Positions 36,978 through 49,795 are shown, numbered from the whole stretch's first letter. The stretch is DNA of 62,983 nt, filler included, from Licmophora abbreviata (GCA_900291995.1; 12 parts of 12 records of this genome joined end to end with filler, not necessarily neighbours in it), one strand, 5' to 3'. Notes: generated by a model from the letters alone, not told the origin. A program made the numbers and translations.

Positions 36978-37448
36978 GGTGGCAGAGAAAGCTGTCAATC
37001 GACAGACACACGGCGCAAAGTGCAAACTCGTCCATTGAGTTTTGAAACTGAGAATACTGGTGTCTGATAACCTGGTTGAAGTGTACACTATGTTCTNNNN
37101 NNNNNNNNNNNNNNNNNNNNNNNNNNNNNNNNNNNNNNNNTTAATTAATTAANNNNNNNNNNNNNNNNNNNNNNNNNNNNNNNNNNNNNNNNNNNNTGGC
37201 AGAGAAAGCTGTCAATCGACAGACACACGGCGCAAAGTGCAAAGTAGAAAGTAGTCCATTGAGTTTTGAAACTGAGAATACTGGTGTCTGATAACCTGGT
37301 TGAAGTGTACACCGTGTTCTCGTCGCGTCATCAAAATGGTGTGTCTGTTCATGACTTACACACAAACACGACTGACGGCGCCGCTTTTTTCGATTTCCAA
37401 GAATGAACCCACCCACACACAAGACACAAGGCTAACGCACACCATTGG

Positions 37449-38894
37449 ATGGACAATGATGAAGCACAAGAAACGAGCAAGAGCACTTCCAGCTCAATAC
37501 TATGGCCAGAAACAATGATGAGGACGAAACCTGAAGTAGAGACGGACGCAGCCCGAGAAGATGATGACAGTACAATTATAGAGCAATCAGCAGGGCATGG
37601 GACGACGGGCGGCGCGGATGACGGTGGTCATCTTTGCAGAGTTCCAAGCGACGTTGCATTTTCCGTCGACGCGCTGGTGAGAGTCGAGACATCGCAACCA
37701 ATGTGGCTCTGTGACGACGCTGCCAATGCTTCGCATCGTCACCGTCAGCTTGACTACTATGTCAACGACGAACACGACAGACACGTTGATGTCGTTGCAG
37801 ACTTTTTGGTATCGAGGGCGTTGTTGGAAAGTGCCCAGCACGAGGAACACACATTTGACGATGCCACCGTGTCATGTGTGCAACTACTATTTGCGGAGGA
37901 AAACCCCTGCTCTGGTGACGAAGTACACGCGGCTTGTCGATTTCTCTTGGACACCGACCTATTCCAAGATCAACTTGAAAACAAAAGTATTGCCGCCGAC
38001 GCAACCGAAACACCAGAGTGGGAACCCCCCTTTGGTCAAATGGTCTTGTGGTGGGAATTGCGAGCGCACATACAGAGGTGCATGATATCGCAACGGCAAC
38101 AACGGCAAAATCGCTCTAATCGGTTGTTGAGGGCAAGTGACGTTGTCGCCAATGGCCTTTCCACTTCCGCGCAAGTCATTGAGACTGGTTTGCGCGGATC
38201 CGTCCCGTACGTTCACACTGGACTCGACCATATCGGCAGCGCTGTCAAAAGAATCTTGATACCAGTTCAGACGTCCACTTCTGTCTTTACGTCTCCCAGA
38301 AATGAGGTCGTCACACTCGCATATAGCAATGCTGCATCCCGGACCACATCGGGATTACATCACGGTGCCAAGACAACCGTTGCCGTGATTCGAGATGCCT
38401 CAACGCACACTGTTGAATGGATAGCGGACAAGTTTCAACGAGAGGAAATAGGAGAACGACTTTTACCTGACACCAATCATCGTCATGCTGTACAAGCTGC
38501 TGCAAAAGTGGGATTGGCGACCGTCGGTGCTGTCGCCATTATCGGTGAGGCGGTTTGGGATGTGACCGGACAGGTGGCACACAAGGCCTCGTATGTCACG
38601 GCGGATGTGATTCGGTACAAATATGGGGATGGGGCGGGGACACTGGCAGAGCATGTCAGTGACACAACGGGGAATGTTGTTAGAACAGCGGCACAAGTGG
38701 CCATGTTGGAAAGGTCCGTCATGGCCAAGGTGGTGGCCAAGAATAGTGGAAAAGTGCAAATACGACGCAGAGGCTCGGCGAAGCGCGAGGCTGGATATGA
38801 ACATGAAAGGGAGGAGGAAGATTTTACGGAGTGGGACGAGGAGGAGCAGGGCGTTGACAAAAAGCTATCACCCGCAAGCGACAAGACGGTCTGA
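37449..38894 (+). CDS. Senescence/spartin-associated domain protein
   Basis: C-terminal amphipathic A/V/T/G-rich helices ending TADVIRYKYGDGAG, matching the HKYG.xAG hallmark of the Senescence domain. Confidence 0.75.
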   Translation: MDNDEAQETSKSTSSSILWPETMMRTKPEVETDAAREDDDSTIIEQSAGHGTTGGADDGGHLCRVPSDVAFSVDALVRVETSQPMWLCDDAANASHRHRQLDYYVNDEHDRHVDVVADFLVSRALLESAQHEEHTFDDATVSCVQLLFAEENPCSGDEVHAACRFLLDTDLFQDQLENKSIAADATETPEWEPPFGQMVLWWELRAHIQRCMISQRQQRQNRSNRLLRASDVVANGLSTSAQVIETGLRGSVPYVHTGLDHIGSAVKRILIPVQTSTSVFTSPRNEVVTLAYSNAASRTTSGLHHGAKTTVAVIRDASTHTVEWIADKFQREEIGERLLPDTNHRHAVQAAAKVGLATVGAVAIIGEAVWDVTGQVAHKASYVTADVIRYKYGDGAGTLAEHVSDTTGNVVRTAAQVAMLERSVMAKVVAKNSGKVQIRRRGSAKREAGYEHEREEEDFTEWDEEEQGVDKKLSPASDKTV

Positions 38895-39050
38895 TTTCCA
38901 TAGAGTGGGATGCAACACGGATGGCCCTTACCGAGTTGGATTTGCTGTAAGGGTCTGCTGTGTGTCGACTGCTGCTTCGGTTGTTGTTCCGACGGACAAA
39001 CTGCAGAAATAGTCTTCTGCATCAATCGGCCAACATGACTGAAAATACAA

Positions 39051-40150
39051 CTACTTAGGAGAATTATCGCTTCGTTTGTCATCTATCTGGTTGTCGAACG
39101 CCGTCGACGGATCAAGATCGAGGATTGCGACTGATAACTCTTGCGGAATGTCGGAGACACTAGTCGATCCTTTACCACAGATTAGATCGTGTCGCGGCCC
39201 CGAACAAGTTCGTCCAGTCGTATCAACAAAATTGGCTTTTGCGACTCCCATCTCACGTAATGTCTCCAGAAACGCCGGACGTCCCGCTCGCCCCGGACTG
39301 TCTCCAACAAGTACTCGACTCCCTCTTTGTAAAGCTTCTATGGCTCGACGGGCCATACATCGGCCCGTCGTGGGTTCGTACATGATGTCTGCAGCGACGA
39401 CCAAATCGGCTGGAGGGAGCGGCACAGAAGAATCGCACAGGTCGAACAATGCTGATGTTTAGCAAGCGGCGAAAGTGAAAGACATAGTGAGCGACTTGTC
39501 CCACTACGAAACGAATGAAGCGGCGGTCGATCACTAGGCCACCCGCACTCACCAGTCTCAATCGGTGTAACGTGTACGAACCCCTGGTTGAGGTTGGTAT
39601 CGGCGTACTCCAACAGCTTTAACGGAACTGTTTCGTAGTCGGTCGCTAGAATGTGACCTACACCGGCTCTAGAGGCAGTCAGCGATACAAGTCCCGTCCC
39701 CGTTCCAACCTCCAGGATGGAGAGCTCGGGGAGTCGATCCCCAAATCGACGAACGAGATACTCGGAAATAGCCGATGCGGCCGGCCACAGGACAGCGCCG
39801 TATGGATCACCGACATTCAATGATAATGTTGATGCTTGATCGCTGATAGAACTCTCTTGATTCAACGGCTCTTCTTCCTGCTGGAGCAGCGCGGCGTTGA
39901 CGAGATCGTCTTGGGCCTTGGCCGTGCCCTCCAGAATGACAATCGTACCCAGCGATTCAATCTCGATAGGAACTTCGCGGCATTCGATATGGTGCACCGT
40001 GTGAATAGGACTGTTCTGATTACAATGAGTCGGTGCTGTGTACAGCAGCATTTTCGAGCAGAAAGGAATCGTATTGGGGACAAACGCTTCGACTGCATGG
40101 ACGACTGTACTCACGGCGATCGCTGTCAGGGCGATGCTGTACCAGCACAT
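39051..40150 (-). CDS. Seven-beta-strand lysine methyltransferase (Methyltransf_16), plastid-targeted
   Basis: DPYGAVLWPAA, ILEVGTGTGLVS, ATDY and DLVVAADIMY; intron 39552..39452; signal peptide plus VEA-FVP. Confidence 0.88.
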
Positions 40151-40536
40151 ACCGANNNNNNNNNNNNNNNNNNNNNNNNNNNNNNNNNNNNNNNNNNNNT
40201 TAATTAATTAANNNNNNNNNNNNNNNNNNNNNNNNNNNNNNNNNNNNNNNNNNNNTTCACGGTTCACGTTGCTTCCCGCTCAACTTCGAAAGCCGATCTT
40301 TTGTTCTACACAAAATTTCAGTACAAAATTGCGTTCAACAAAATCACTCTGCTGATTTCGTGTAGAAATCAGTATATTTTCTACGTAAAGTGTGGCGCCA
40401 CGTCCTCCACATATCGTGAAGTCAATTTTGCCTCTTGTGCCACTCTGCGCTATTCCTTGCCCCATCGGCCGTGTGGATCATCGTGTCTTTGCTCACTCTG
40501 CTCTTGGCACTTTCGAGCAGAATCCATTCATCAGTC

Positions 40537-43128
40537 ATGGCGGATTCCTCGTCAGACGAAGACATTCCGATTGTGCAGCTCAAGAAGAAGGCCAAGAAGA
40601 TCAAGGTCGAACCCGTTCGGGACGACGCGCCTGTATCTTCGGCCTCGGTTGCTCGAAAGCCACCTCCCGGACCAAGCAACGGTGGCACCGACTCGCCCGC
40701 CAAGAAGAAGAAAAGGCGCAAGCCTGAAGCTAGTTCAGATTCAATCACGAAGAAGAAAAAGATCAAACGAGAAGCAGCTGAGGACAATGGGAACAAGAAG
40801 CCTGCTGCCAAGAAGAAGCCTCCGACTCGCGAGTTGAAGAAGTTGGACAAGGTCGAGCGGCTCCAGTATGCCATGCAGTCCTTCTTGTGGTGGGATGCGC
40901 AGGATCCGCCCCCAGGATGTCAATGGAGAACCATGGAACATGGAGGAGTGTCGTTTCCGGAGCCGTACGTTCCGCATGGCGTCAAGATGGTTTATGATGG
41001 ACAAGAAGTCGAACTGACGCCAGAGCAAGAAGAAGCGTGAGTAGAGAGGCATCGCCATAGTGCACGACACACAGCGAGGCGAAGTCTCACATTCCTTCGG
41101 GCGCACCATTTCACTGCACACAGCGCCACTTTCTTTGCGGCCACGGATCCCGAAGGTATGCACCTGGGAAACCCCAAGACGGCCAAGATTTTCATTAAGA
41201 ACTTCTTCACTGACTTTCGCGGCGTGCTTGGCAAAGGCCATGTGATCAAAGATTTCAAAAAGTGCGACTTCGAACCCATTCGTCGACACTTGAATGAACA
41301 AAAGATCATCAAAAAGGCCATCACCGACGAAGAGCGCAAAGCCAATAAGGAAGATCGGAATCAGACCTTGTTCAAGTTTGGTTACTCCGTTGTCGACGGT
41401 CATCTGGAGCGAGTTGGAAATTACAACATGGAACCGCCTGGCGCTTTTAGAGGACGTGGGGAGCACCCCAAAATGGGAAAACTCAAACAACGCGTGGACC
41501 CCGAACAAGTCTTTTTGAATGTGTCCGAGTGTGCGCCCGTGCCCGTTTGTCCGGTCCCTGGCCGCGCGTGGGGCGACATTCGACACGATCCTACTGTCCA
41601 ATGGTTGGCGCAGTGGAAAGAAAACATCAACGGCCAAGTCAAGTACATGCAGCTGGCAGCTCAGTCAAGCTTCAAGGGCAAGAGCGATCGGTCNNNNNNN
41701 NNNNNNNNNNNNNNNNNNNNNNNNNNNNNNNNNNNNNTTAATTAATTAANNNNNNNNNNNNNNNNNNNNNNNNNNNNNNNNNNNNNNNNNNNNCAAGCTT
41801 CAAGGGCAAGAGCGATCGGTCCAAGTACAATAAGGCGGCGCTGCTGTGCAAGAACATTACCAAGATCCGTGCTGGGTACAAGAAACAACTCAAGTCAAAG
41901 AATGCAGAATCACGCCAGCTCGCGACAGCCGTGTGGGTGATCGATCGATTGGCGCTTCGTGTGGGAGGCGAGAAGGATACCGACGAAGAGGCCGATACGG
42001 TCGGTTGCTGCTCCCTACGAGTCGAGCACTTGCACTTCGACCCCAACGGTGAAGGCGATGAAAACAAGGAGATAAAGCTGGAGTTTCTCGGAAAGGATTC
42101 CATGCTGTACAAGCAGACGATTGACTTCGGTGCTGCGATGTACAACGACAACAACGGAATGGGAGAGCAAGTCTATGCGAACTTTCGCAAGTTCTGCGGA
42201 AAGAAGAAGGGTGCCGAGGAGGTGTTTGACGCGATCAACCCGTCCATGCTGAACGGACACCTGAAGCAGTACATGGACGGCCTGTCGGCCAAGGTATTTC
42301 GTACGTACAATGCATCCAAGACGCTGCAGGATGAATTACGAAAGACAGAAGCTATTGTGTCCTTCGGTAGCCTGACGCCTGTGTTGAAGGTTGTTGAATA
42401 CAATAGCGCGAACCGGGAAGTCGCCATTCTCTGTAATCATCAACGTTCCGTGAGCAAGGCGCAGGAAACACAGCTTGAAAACATCGGCGCCAAGCTTGCG
42501 ACACTCAAGAAACAGAAAAAGGTGCTCAAGGGGATCCTAAAGTGCCTTAACAGAGGTGATACGGACAAGATTCCGCTGAAGAAGTCTCCCAAAGTAATGG
42601 ACGAAGCTGCCAAGAAGGCTGTCGCAAAAGCTAAGAAAATGAAGGAGGACGCCAAGACGAATGAGGAAAAGATTGCTGCCACACAAGCCGACGAGAAAGC
42701 AAAGCAGCAGAGGCGTGACGCTGCGCAGGCCAAATTTACGCAAGGGCACTTGTGGGAGAAGGCTCCGACCAAGGACCAGGTCATCAAGAAGATTGCGAAT
42801 TGGAACACGAAGATTGCGAAGACGGAGCTTGATCTCAAGCACAAGGACGATAACAAGGAGGTCGCGCTCGGGACATCAAAGGTATGCGCTGTGTGTGCGT
42901 TGGTATTTGCGAGCAAGCGACTCGGTATTTGTCTAACAGGTACGTGCGCTGTCCCACACCGCTTGTGGATAGATTAACTACATGGATCCTCGAATTTCCG
43001 TTGCCTGGTGTAAGAGAAACGAGGTCCCTATCGAAAAAGTATTCTCTAAGACATTGCGAGACAAGTTCAATTGGGCGATGGCCGTTCCTCCTGAATGGGA
43101 GTTCAACGCTGACATTGCCAAGGAATAA
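40537..43128 (+). CDS. TOP1: DNA topoisomerase IB
   Basis: [57 protein letters not shown] and [13 protein letters not shown] (catalytic Tyr). Two introns and one gap. Confidence 0.97.
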
Positions 43129-43511
43129 AGCGATGCGTAAACACAGAAAAAGTACCAGGTAGAAGATAGATTGACGGAGGAACGCATGCGTGAACTATCA
43201 GGTGGAGCGTGGAACTGCTGTTCCCAAGGTCAGTGCTCGTCCCTGTTATGCTGAGAATATAGGACGGCTTGGCAGAAGCATGACTGTTTGGGGGCGCGAC
43301 GAGTCACCACGATCGTGGCGGTGTGACGACACGAGGCTGCGGCGATCGATGTTAGGACGAAGCTTCTATCGTTGACATCGACAAAGAAGACTTTCGACCT
43401 ACACGGTACGTTGCGACTTGCTCCTTCAAGAAAGAACGGACTAAGCAGCCGGGTCTCGTGCAATGTGTAAGATCTACTTAATCTTTTTACTCTCTCTACT
43501 TGTCGTTGCGT

Positions 43512-44212
43512 TCAGTTGGTCGGACTAGTGGCAATCTCAGCTTTGAGAAAACCAGTTTTTACCAACCGTGTGTGGGTTCGTTTCTCACGAAGAGCTTGGG
43601 ATGTCTTGCGCAGTGCCTCTAGCTTAGACAGGACGTAGAACTGGTTCTCGTTTTTGTCCCACTTGACGAAGCGGCCTCCATACGACTCGAACTCGGCGAC
43701 GAGGGACCTGGCGAGGTTAGTCTTGTGGGTTTTGACGTGAAGTTTCTTGTAACGCAACTTCCGGTCGGCTATATTCTGACGGTGCCGCTGGTTCCCAAGG
43801 TGATGGTTCGAACGACCTCCCTGCTCGCAAATGAAATCCCATTTGGCGGGAATAGGACCGATATAGATGCGACGCTCCTTGGTCCCGGGGGAAGTTTCGG
43901 GCATGCGCAATGCGACGGGGGCCTCGGAAGCCGGCGTGCATGTCGCAGTCGTTGTATCGATCCGAGGCTGCGAAGGGGGGCCAGTGTTCATGGATAGTGT
44001 TTCCGAGGATTGCTTAGAGGCGGGAGTGGGCTTCCAAGCATGGGATCGTCTGTCATGAATGCCATCGAAGTGCTTGGCGACTCCAATGCAAGTCGAGGAT
44101 CAAAAGAGGCTTCGAGGAACGACTCAAACTGAGCATTTGCCACCCAGGAGCCCATAGCTTTCGAATCACGGGGATCCGACAGAAGCATGTCCGTCGCAAC
44201 TAGAGAGTCCAT
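43512..44212 (-). CDS. DUF6824-like diatom-expanded domain protein, probable frameshift at ~44043
   Basis: DFICEQGGRSNHHLGNQRHR...Y...K..LARSLV...GGRFVK...KTSQALRE. An upstream out-of-frame ORF (43988..44212) probably supplies the N-terminus. Confidence 0.78.
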
Positions 44213-44536
44213 TGGATCGGTCGACTGTTGTGTTTATGAAGTTTGTAAGGAGATTGGATGGGATAACGAGGGTTAGATGGGACTACGGGTACCGAAGTAA
44301 TCTCAGTCGTTGATGCTCTTGTGACTGTGTGCTGGCAGTCGTGTCCTCTCATAGTAGAACTTTGTCACATTTGTAGTCGTGGGAGTAGAAGGTCCGTGCT
44401 TCGACAGTTGAGTATGTCCGCTCGTCGGTCGCTCTTCTCAGTCTCACGTCTCTCACTGTGGGTGGGTTGGTCTCAGCGCCGATGCACCATTGTTGTTGTC
44501 AGTGTTTGTAGTCAAAGTTCTCGCCTTCTGTTCATC

Positions 44537-45124
44537 ATGGTGGACGGAGCTTTGGGATCCAATAGTGCCGCTGTCGTGGAGAATGCGGCGGAGCTCCAGT
44601 TCGACCCTGAATTTGGAGGTGACGACGTTCACATCTTGAGTAACGCGCAGGTCGCCATTATCTTGCAGACAAGCGCCCGTTCGGCCGTCACTCGCGACGA
44701 GGAACTCAACGAAGTGTATAGGAAAACGCAGAAATACGTCGAGAGATTCAATACCATGACTAACCCCGAGAAGGAGCGACAAGAACTTGTCGATGAGCTT
44801 GATAATCTTCAAGAGTGAGTGAAACTTGTTTGGGGATGCTATATACGTTGGTGTAGCAGTCCCCGCATGGTACTCCAGCTAACTCCTTCCGCTCTTTACC
44901 AAATTCACAGAGCCCTAAACACGTTTCGAAAAGAAACTGACGATGGAGATGAAATGGAACTTCACAAATTTGAGGTAGCGGCGTTGATGAATCTGGTGGG
45001 CACGGACACGATCGTCGAGGAGGCAGTGACTTTGATTCCCTCGCTGTCGCGCTTTCCGGAGGCTGCGATTGACGAAATTCTGGATTTGATTCGCAGCACC
45101 ATGGTTCGAATTGTTCCGGCATAG
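44537..45124 (+). CDS. RPB4: RNA polymerase II subunit RPB4
   Basis: ENAAELQF..EF, LSNAQV, KTQKYVERF, LHKFEVAALMNL and EEAVTLIPSL; intron 44815..44910. Confidence 0.92.
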
Positions 45125-45536
45125 ACGAGCGATACTGCTATAAGCCGACACTATTTCCATGCTTTTTTTGAAGTTCGTTGAGTGGCTCGTACCTTTGCAT
45201 TATTGAAACGATGTGTTCTGCCTGAGACAAGGGGTGACGAGCTACTACTTCGTATTATACNNNNNNNNNNNNNNNNNNNNNNNNNNNNNNNNNNNNNNNN
45301 NNNNTTAATTAATTAANNNNNNNNNNNNNNNNNNNNNNNNNNNNNNNNNNNNNNNNNNNNAAAGTCGATAGCTCGTCGGAAAAACTTGATGTGACTGGTA
45401 CACTCTTGATCCGCGATCGCAGCTAAGCAACCCTGACCTCTGATCACTTCTTCCAATCCAATATGTATATTATACTTCGGTTCTAGTTAGACGTTCTTGT
45501 GACCCGAGTTGACGTCGTTCTTATGATACGTAGCAA

Positions 45537-46391
45537 TCAAGATAATCCAGCCTTGGCGGCTTGGAGTTCGTTCGGGGGCACGAGAGCCAAGTACTTCTTC
45601 ATGGCGCTATTGGCAACATCGGCATAGTTGTACAAGTCGGCAGTGTCCTCCTTCTCCGATGTAGGAGTCGAGTCCTGTAGCAAATAGTCCAGTTCCGCTC
45701 GCAACGCTTCAATGTTCGTCAGGAGATCGTTTCGTAAGAGATAGGCCAGACTCTGCTCGGTTTTGGGTGTTGCGCCACCGCCAAGATAGACATTGGCTCT
45801 GTCTGGATCTGAGTAGTAGATATTGTCTCCATACCTGTTGAAAACTTTCTTGAATGGAATCTTGTCATACTTGGACTGAGATAGGAGCGCTTGAGCTTGC
45901 TTCCAACTAGTCGTAGAGCCCTCTTTCACCAGTACGTTGACTTGTGTCAGTTCATCGGCCATTTCGAGAATAGGCAACAGCAATTTGGGATAGGCATCGA
46001 CCTGGCCTCGATTCCCCGCATCCCCTCGTTCCAACTCGCCGCCATACTTGAGTTCGTCTGCCTCGGCTTGTTCCCATATTCGGATCTGTTCCAGCGCAGG
46101 ATTGGTCAAGGGGTTCTTTCGAAAGATTTCGTCAGCTGCGTTGGCCTGCTGCGTGTCGACCAGCACCGCAGTCGCTAGGAGCGATACTGTTGCGGACTGC
46201 AATAGCTTTCGTCGAGTAGTTGTAGGAACACCAGGGTCCGCGTCACTATAGCGGTCGTCGTCGGCGTTGGCAAACATCCGGCAGCGACGTGTGCGATCGA
46301 CCGTCGTCGCTTGCGGACCGACAAAGGCGCCGTTCGTGGTAGAGAGAAAGAGCAATGCCAACCAGCAGCGCTTAATCGTCATTATGGCCAT
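45537..46391 (-). CDS. Plastid, probably thylakoid-lumen, protein with tripartite presequence
   Basis: Signal peptide plus NGA-FV, transit peptide, twin-arginine TRRKLL, hydrophobic stretch and ANA cleavage site. Confidence 0.8.
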   Translation of the reverse strand: MAIMTIKRCWLALLFLSTTNGAFVGPQATTVDRTRRCRMFANADDDRYSDADPGVPTTTRRKLLQSATVSLLATAVLVDTQQANAADEIFRKNPLTNPALEQIRIWEQAEADELKYGGELERGDAGNRGQVDAYPKLLLPILEMADELTQVNVLVKEGSTTSWKQAQALLSQSKYDKIPFKKVFNRYGDNIYYSDPDRANVYLGGGATPKTEQSLAYLLRNDLLTNIEALRAELDYLLQDSTPTSEKEDTADLYNYADVANSAMKKYLALVPPNELQAAKAGLS

Positions 46392-46764
46392 CGATCCTTA
46401 CTTCAAGTACTTTTAAGTCAACCCGCTGTGGCAATGGGGCGTTTCACTTTAGATGCTGGCCACCAATACTCGTACAACATGTCATCGTCATCGTCAAGAT
46501 GAGTCAGTGTGGAGTTTTGCGTCGGAGGGAGTTCGATTTTTCAATTTTCGAATTTGTGGCGCGCCCTAATTTCATCAGAATTGAACCAGGACACCTGATG
46601 GCACCTCTCAACAGCAAAATCTAAGATCTTGTCCGCCGTCTCACAATGAACACAGATCGACAAGCGGTACCTGTACTTTGAACTTGACTCGACTGCTTTC
46701 CTGACTCCCCCTTCATTGTATGGTTCTACTAGTAGTACAGTAGAAGGCATTGTCGAAGTCTCAC

Positions 46765-48336
46765 ATGGGAACTTACTCGTTGGAACACGCGAAAAGCGGC
46801 CGCAGCAAATGCCGCAAGTGCAAGGAGCCGATTGCCAAGGGCGGCCTCCGCATTGGGACTCACACGCAGAACCCCAGCAACGAAGACATCGTCTTTGATC
46901 ATTGGCACCACCCCGAGTGTTTTGTTTTCCCCAAGAAGCTGACCAAGGAAGGCATTGATGTCGAAGCATTTGTCGAAGATATGCTGGAGGATAACACGGA
47001 GGACCAACTGCTGCAGAACACGGCCGGCAAGGAACAGATCCTCGCCGACATTCACTCCACGCCGGACAAGAACGTCAAAGACGGAAGACGCGGAAGACAC
47101 TGCCATGGCGCGGATCAAGGCCTACTTGAAGCATGAGCGCGACGGCGATGACAACGATGGACCGGCAAAGAAGAAGATTAAGCTCGAGGCGAACGACAAG
47201 GCCATGGTTGACACATACGTTCAGTACCACAAGATGAAGGCAGACGATCTGAAAGATATTCTCGGGTGAGTTACACGAAGTCAACACTGTCAGCGACGTT
47301 CTGCAGTGAAATTTTAGTAGTCTTCCGTACACAGATCTCACCTCGCGGCTTTCCTATCTTCAGCTGGAACCGCCAGATCAAGAGTGGCAACAAGGACATT
47401 CAGCTTGCTCGTGTCATTGACGGTCACATGCACGGTCGCCTTGGTNNNNNNNNNNNNNNNNNNNNNNNNNNNNNNNNNNNNNNNNNNNNTTAATTAATTA
47501 ANNNNNNNNNNNNNNNNNNNNNNNNNNNNNNNNNNNNNNNNNNNNTTAATGCCAACGCCGATACCGTCATTTGCAAAGGGTACTTTGACGAAGACTTGTC
47601 GTCACGCATGCCGTGCAGCTACTCGGGACCTGCGTTGGACGCACCTCGCCTCGTGCCCTGGTTTACGGAGGAGCCGAGCGAACAAGAAAAGGCAGAGCTG
47701 GACCGTTTGCAAGAAGAAATCAAGAGTGGAGGAGCTGGTGCTCTAGCGGCAGCATCGCCTTCGGTCAAAACTGCCGCCGCCGGACTCATGCAAAAGGCCG
47801 CGACGCTTGATTGGAACATCAGTTCGACGAGCAAGATAAAGAAGGCCACCGCTGATCTCGTTGATCTTGTCGTCCAAGACAGCACGCTCGACCTTCCACA
47901 GGACTTGGGTAGGGCTCGTATGGCCGTTGGTTCTATCATTGCTGCCGACCGCTCCATGAGTGCCACGCAGGCCATGCAGGCGGTCGTCGATAAGTTTGGA
48001 TTTGCCGAGTCCAAAAAGGTGGCCGCCGCTGACAAGCAAGCAGCCATGGAACACGTGTGTACATGTCCTGAAAATGCAACGTTGCTGTCTCTGTTTCACG
48101 AATTGGGTGACTTGTACTTTAAACAGGGCAATCGTAACGCCGGCGGTTCGTATCGCAAGGCAGAAAAAGCAATCAAGGAACTCTCTTATGAGATAACCGC
48201 AGAAAATGCCTTGGGACTCGGCAAGGGCAAAACCAAGGTACCCAATATTGGTAAGGGTTCAGCGGAGAAGATGCACGAGTACTTGACGACAGGCAGGATC
48301 GAGAAACTGGAGGCGAAACGCGCGGAGGTGTCATAA
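46765..48336 (+). CDS. zf-PARP plus PADR1-like plus Pol-beta N-terminal HhH (8-kDa) domain protein
   Basis: YSLEHAKSGRSKCRKC...WHHPEC; LKDILGWNRQ...DGHMHGRLG...CKGYFDED...PCSY; ENATLLSLFHEL...SYRKA...PNIGKGSAEKMHEYLTTGRIEKLE. Frameshift at ~47078, intron 47266..47363, gap 47446..47545. Confidence 0.82.
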
Positions 48337-48511
48337 ACAGATAGGTCGTATGCATTGTATGTATTATTTGTCTACTTGCGACCCATGGTAGAGATTGGAA
48401 TGGATGTTCGAATGCAAAAACAGACGTCCTATCACAGGGAAAGAGTTACAGTAGCTAAATTTGAAATGGACCTATCAGTCTTATCTAGCTACAGTAGCTA
48501 CGCAAGATGCG

Positions 48512-49795
48512 CTACCGGTCAAGTAATAGCTTTCCGTCCGAAAGTAAACGCAAAACATTTCTTACGTACACGTAGTTCGGTTTCTTGTTGGACAATGTCG
48601 CTTCGACTTGCTTCGCTGCACTGAGCTGCGATCGCCTCAGAAGATTTATCGTTGCGTGGGGGGTCCATCGAACGGCATCGTTGGCGCGAGCAATCTCTTT
48701 CGAGCTGGGTCGTTGCAATGGAGATGACAGTGAGACCTCCGATGACTCGTCGGCCAGGTAGCGGTCGACAAAGCTCTCTACCATGACCGCAGGCAGTGCG
48801 TGCCCAGGAAGCATTTTATCATGCCCAATGGAAGATGAGTTATAGAGTGGGTGAAACCACGCTCGACCGACGATATCCGTGGCGCCCACGGCTTGGACCG
48901 CTGGCTCGATCAACTCATCACATACGGACGCAAACTCCAGAAAATCATCATCGAACGAATCGGGCGCTACCAAAAGAGTCGTCGCCAAGTTCTGTTCCGA
49001 GGTGTCGACCATACGAGTCACTTCTTCCCAAAATGAAGCTGCCAAGGCCGCCGCAGGATATGGGTGATCTGGGAACACGGAAGAAGATCGTTGTATTGCG
49101 ATGGCTCCAGGTTGTACTCCGACAGAGTCAAGTCCAACTGCGGCCCGATTTAGGGAAGATGTATAGGGACAGAGCGCGAGCCTACATAATGTTTCTTGAA
49201 CCCATTCTTCAGTATTGGCAATCTCAGACGCGATGTCTTCCGCCGTCTCTTCAATATGCGGTACCGAGCTGCTAGGTCTGACCGGTTTGCTGCATCGTAG
49301 CGTGATACACGTCGTGGGAACTCGAGGCCACGTTGAACTCTCGGCCGTCACTTTCCCTATGCGATCCGAGTTTCCATTAACGACTGCTGCTAGTTGACGC
49401 ATTGTTTGATCGCCATGCTGCAATGACGGAAACCACAATGAAGTTGATGCTGCCTCGGTCTCATGCAGTGTGGCGATTGTACGAAAGAGAGTCGTCGCCA
49501 CTTGATACCCACTGGAAGCGCCGAGATCGTAAACACAGTCACCGCCTTGGCTTTTTCGCTCGCAGTCACGCCTCAAAGAATCGTGAGTTCTAACCGAGGG
49601 AGGAAGTAGCATGCAACACCCCGACTGTCGGCGAGTGTGGCTGCCAGCCGCCGGGCGGGCTATCATCAGGCATGCCGGTATCGACATGAAGGCTGCTAAA
49701 AGCAGAAGCGGAGGCCTCGGGCTCCTTCTTTTCCAGGCACTCTGTCTTGGACGCGAGAGTGAAGTCATGCTCAGTCGGCAAGCTCGTTGCGTCAT
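48512..49795 (-). CDS. DUF1415-like protein
   Basis: WVQETLCRLALCPYT, TTLLVAP, WFHP and TPHATINLLR match the family pattern. Start uncertain. Confidence 0.65.
   Translation of the reverse strand: MTQRACRLSMTSLSRPRQSAWKRRSPRPPLLLLAAFMSIPACLMIARPAAGSHTRRQSGCCMLLPPSVRTHDSLRRDCERKSQGGDCVYDLGASSGYQVATTLFRTIATLHETEAASTSLWFPSLQHGDQTMRQLAAVVNGNSDRIGKVTAESSTWPRVPTTCITLRCSKPVRPSSSVPHIEETAEDIASEIANTEEWVQETLCRLALCPYTSSLNRAAVGLDSVGVQPGAIAIQRSSSVFPDHPYPAAALAASFWEEVTRMVDTSEQNLATTLLVAPDSFDDDFLEFASVCDELIEPAVQAVGATDIVGRAWFHPLYNSSSIGHDKMLPGHALPAVMVESFVDRYLADESSEVSLSSPLQRPSSKEIARANDAVRWTPHATINLLRRSQLSAAKQVEATLSNKKPNYVYVRNVLRLLSDGKLLLDR

Noticed and set aside
40741..41637. 298-aa antisense ORF over TOP1, and similar shadows over other genes
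   Set aside because: Antisense mirror of codon-biased real genes; no independent signal.
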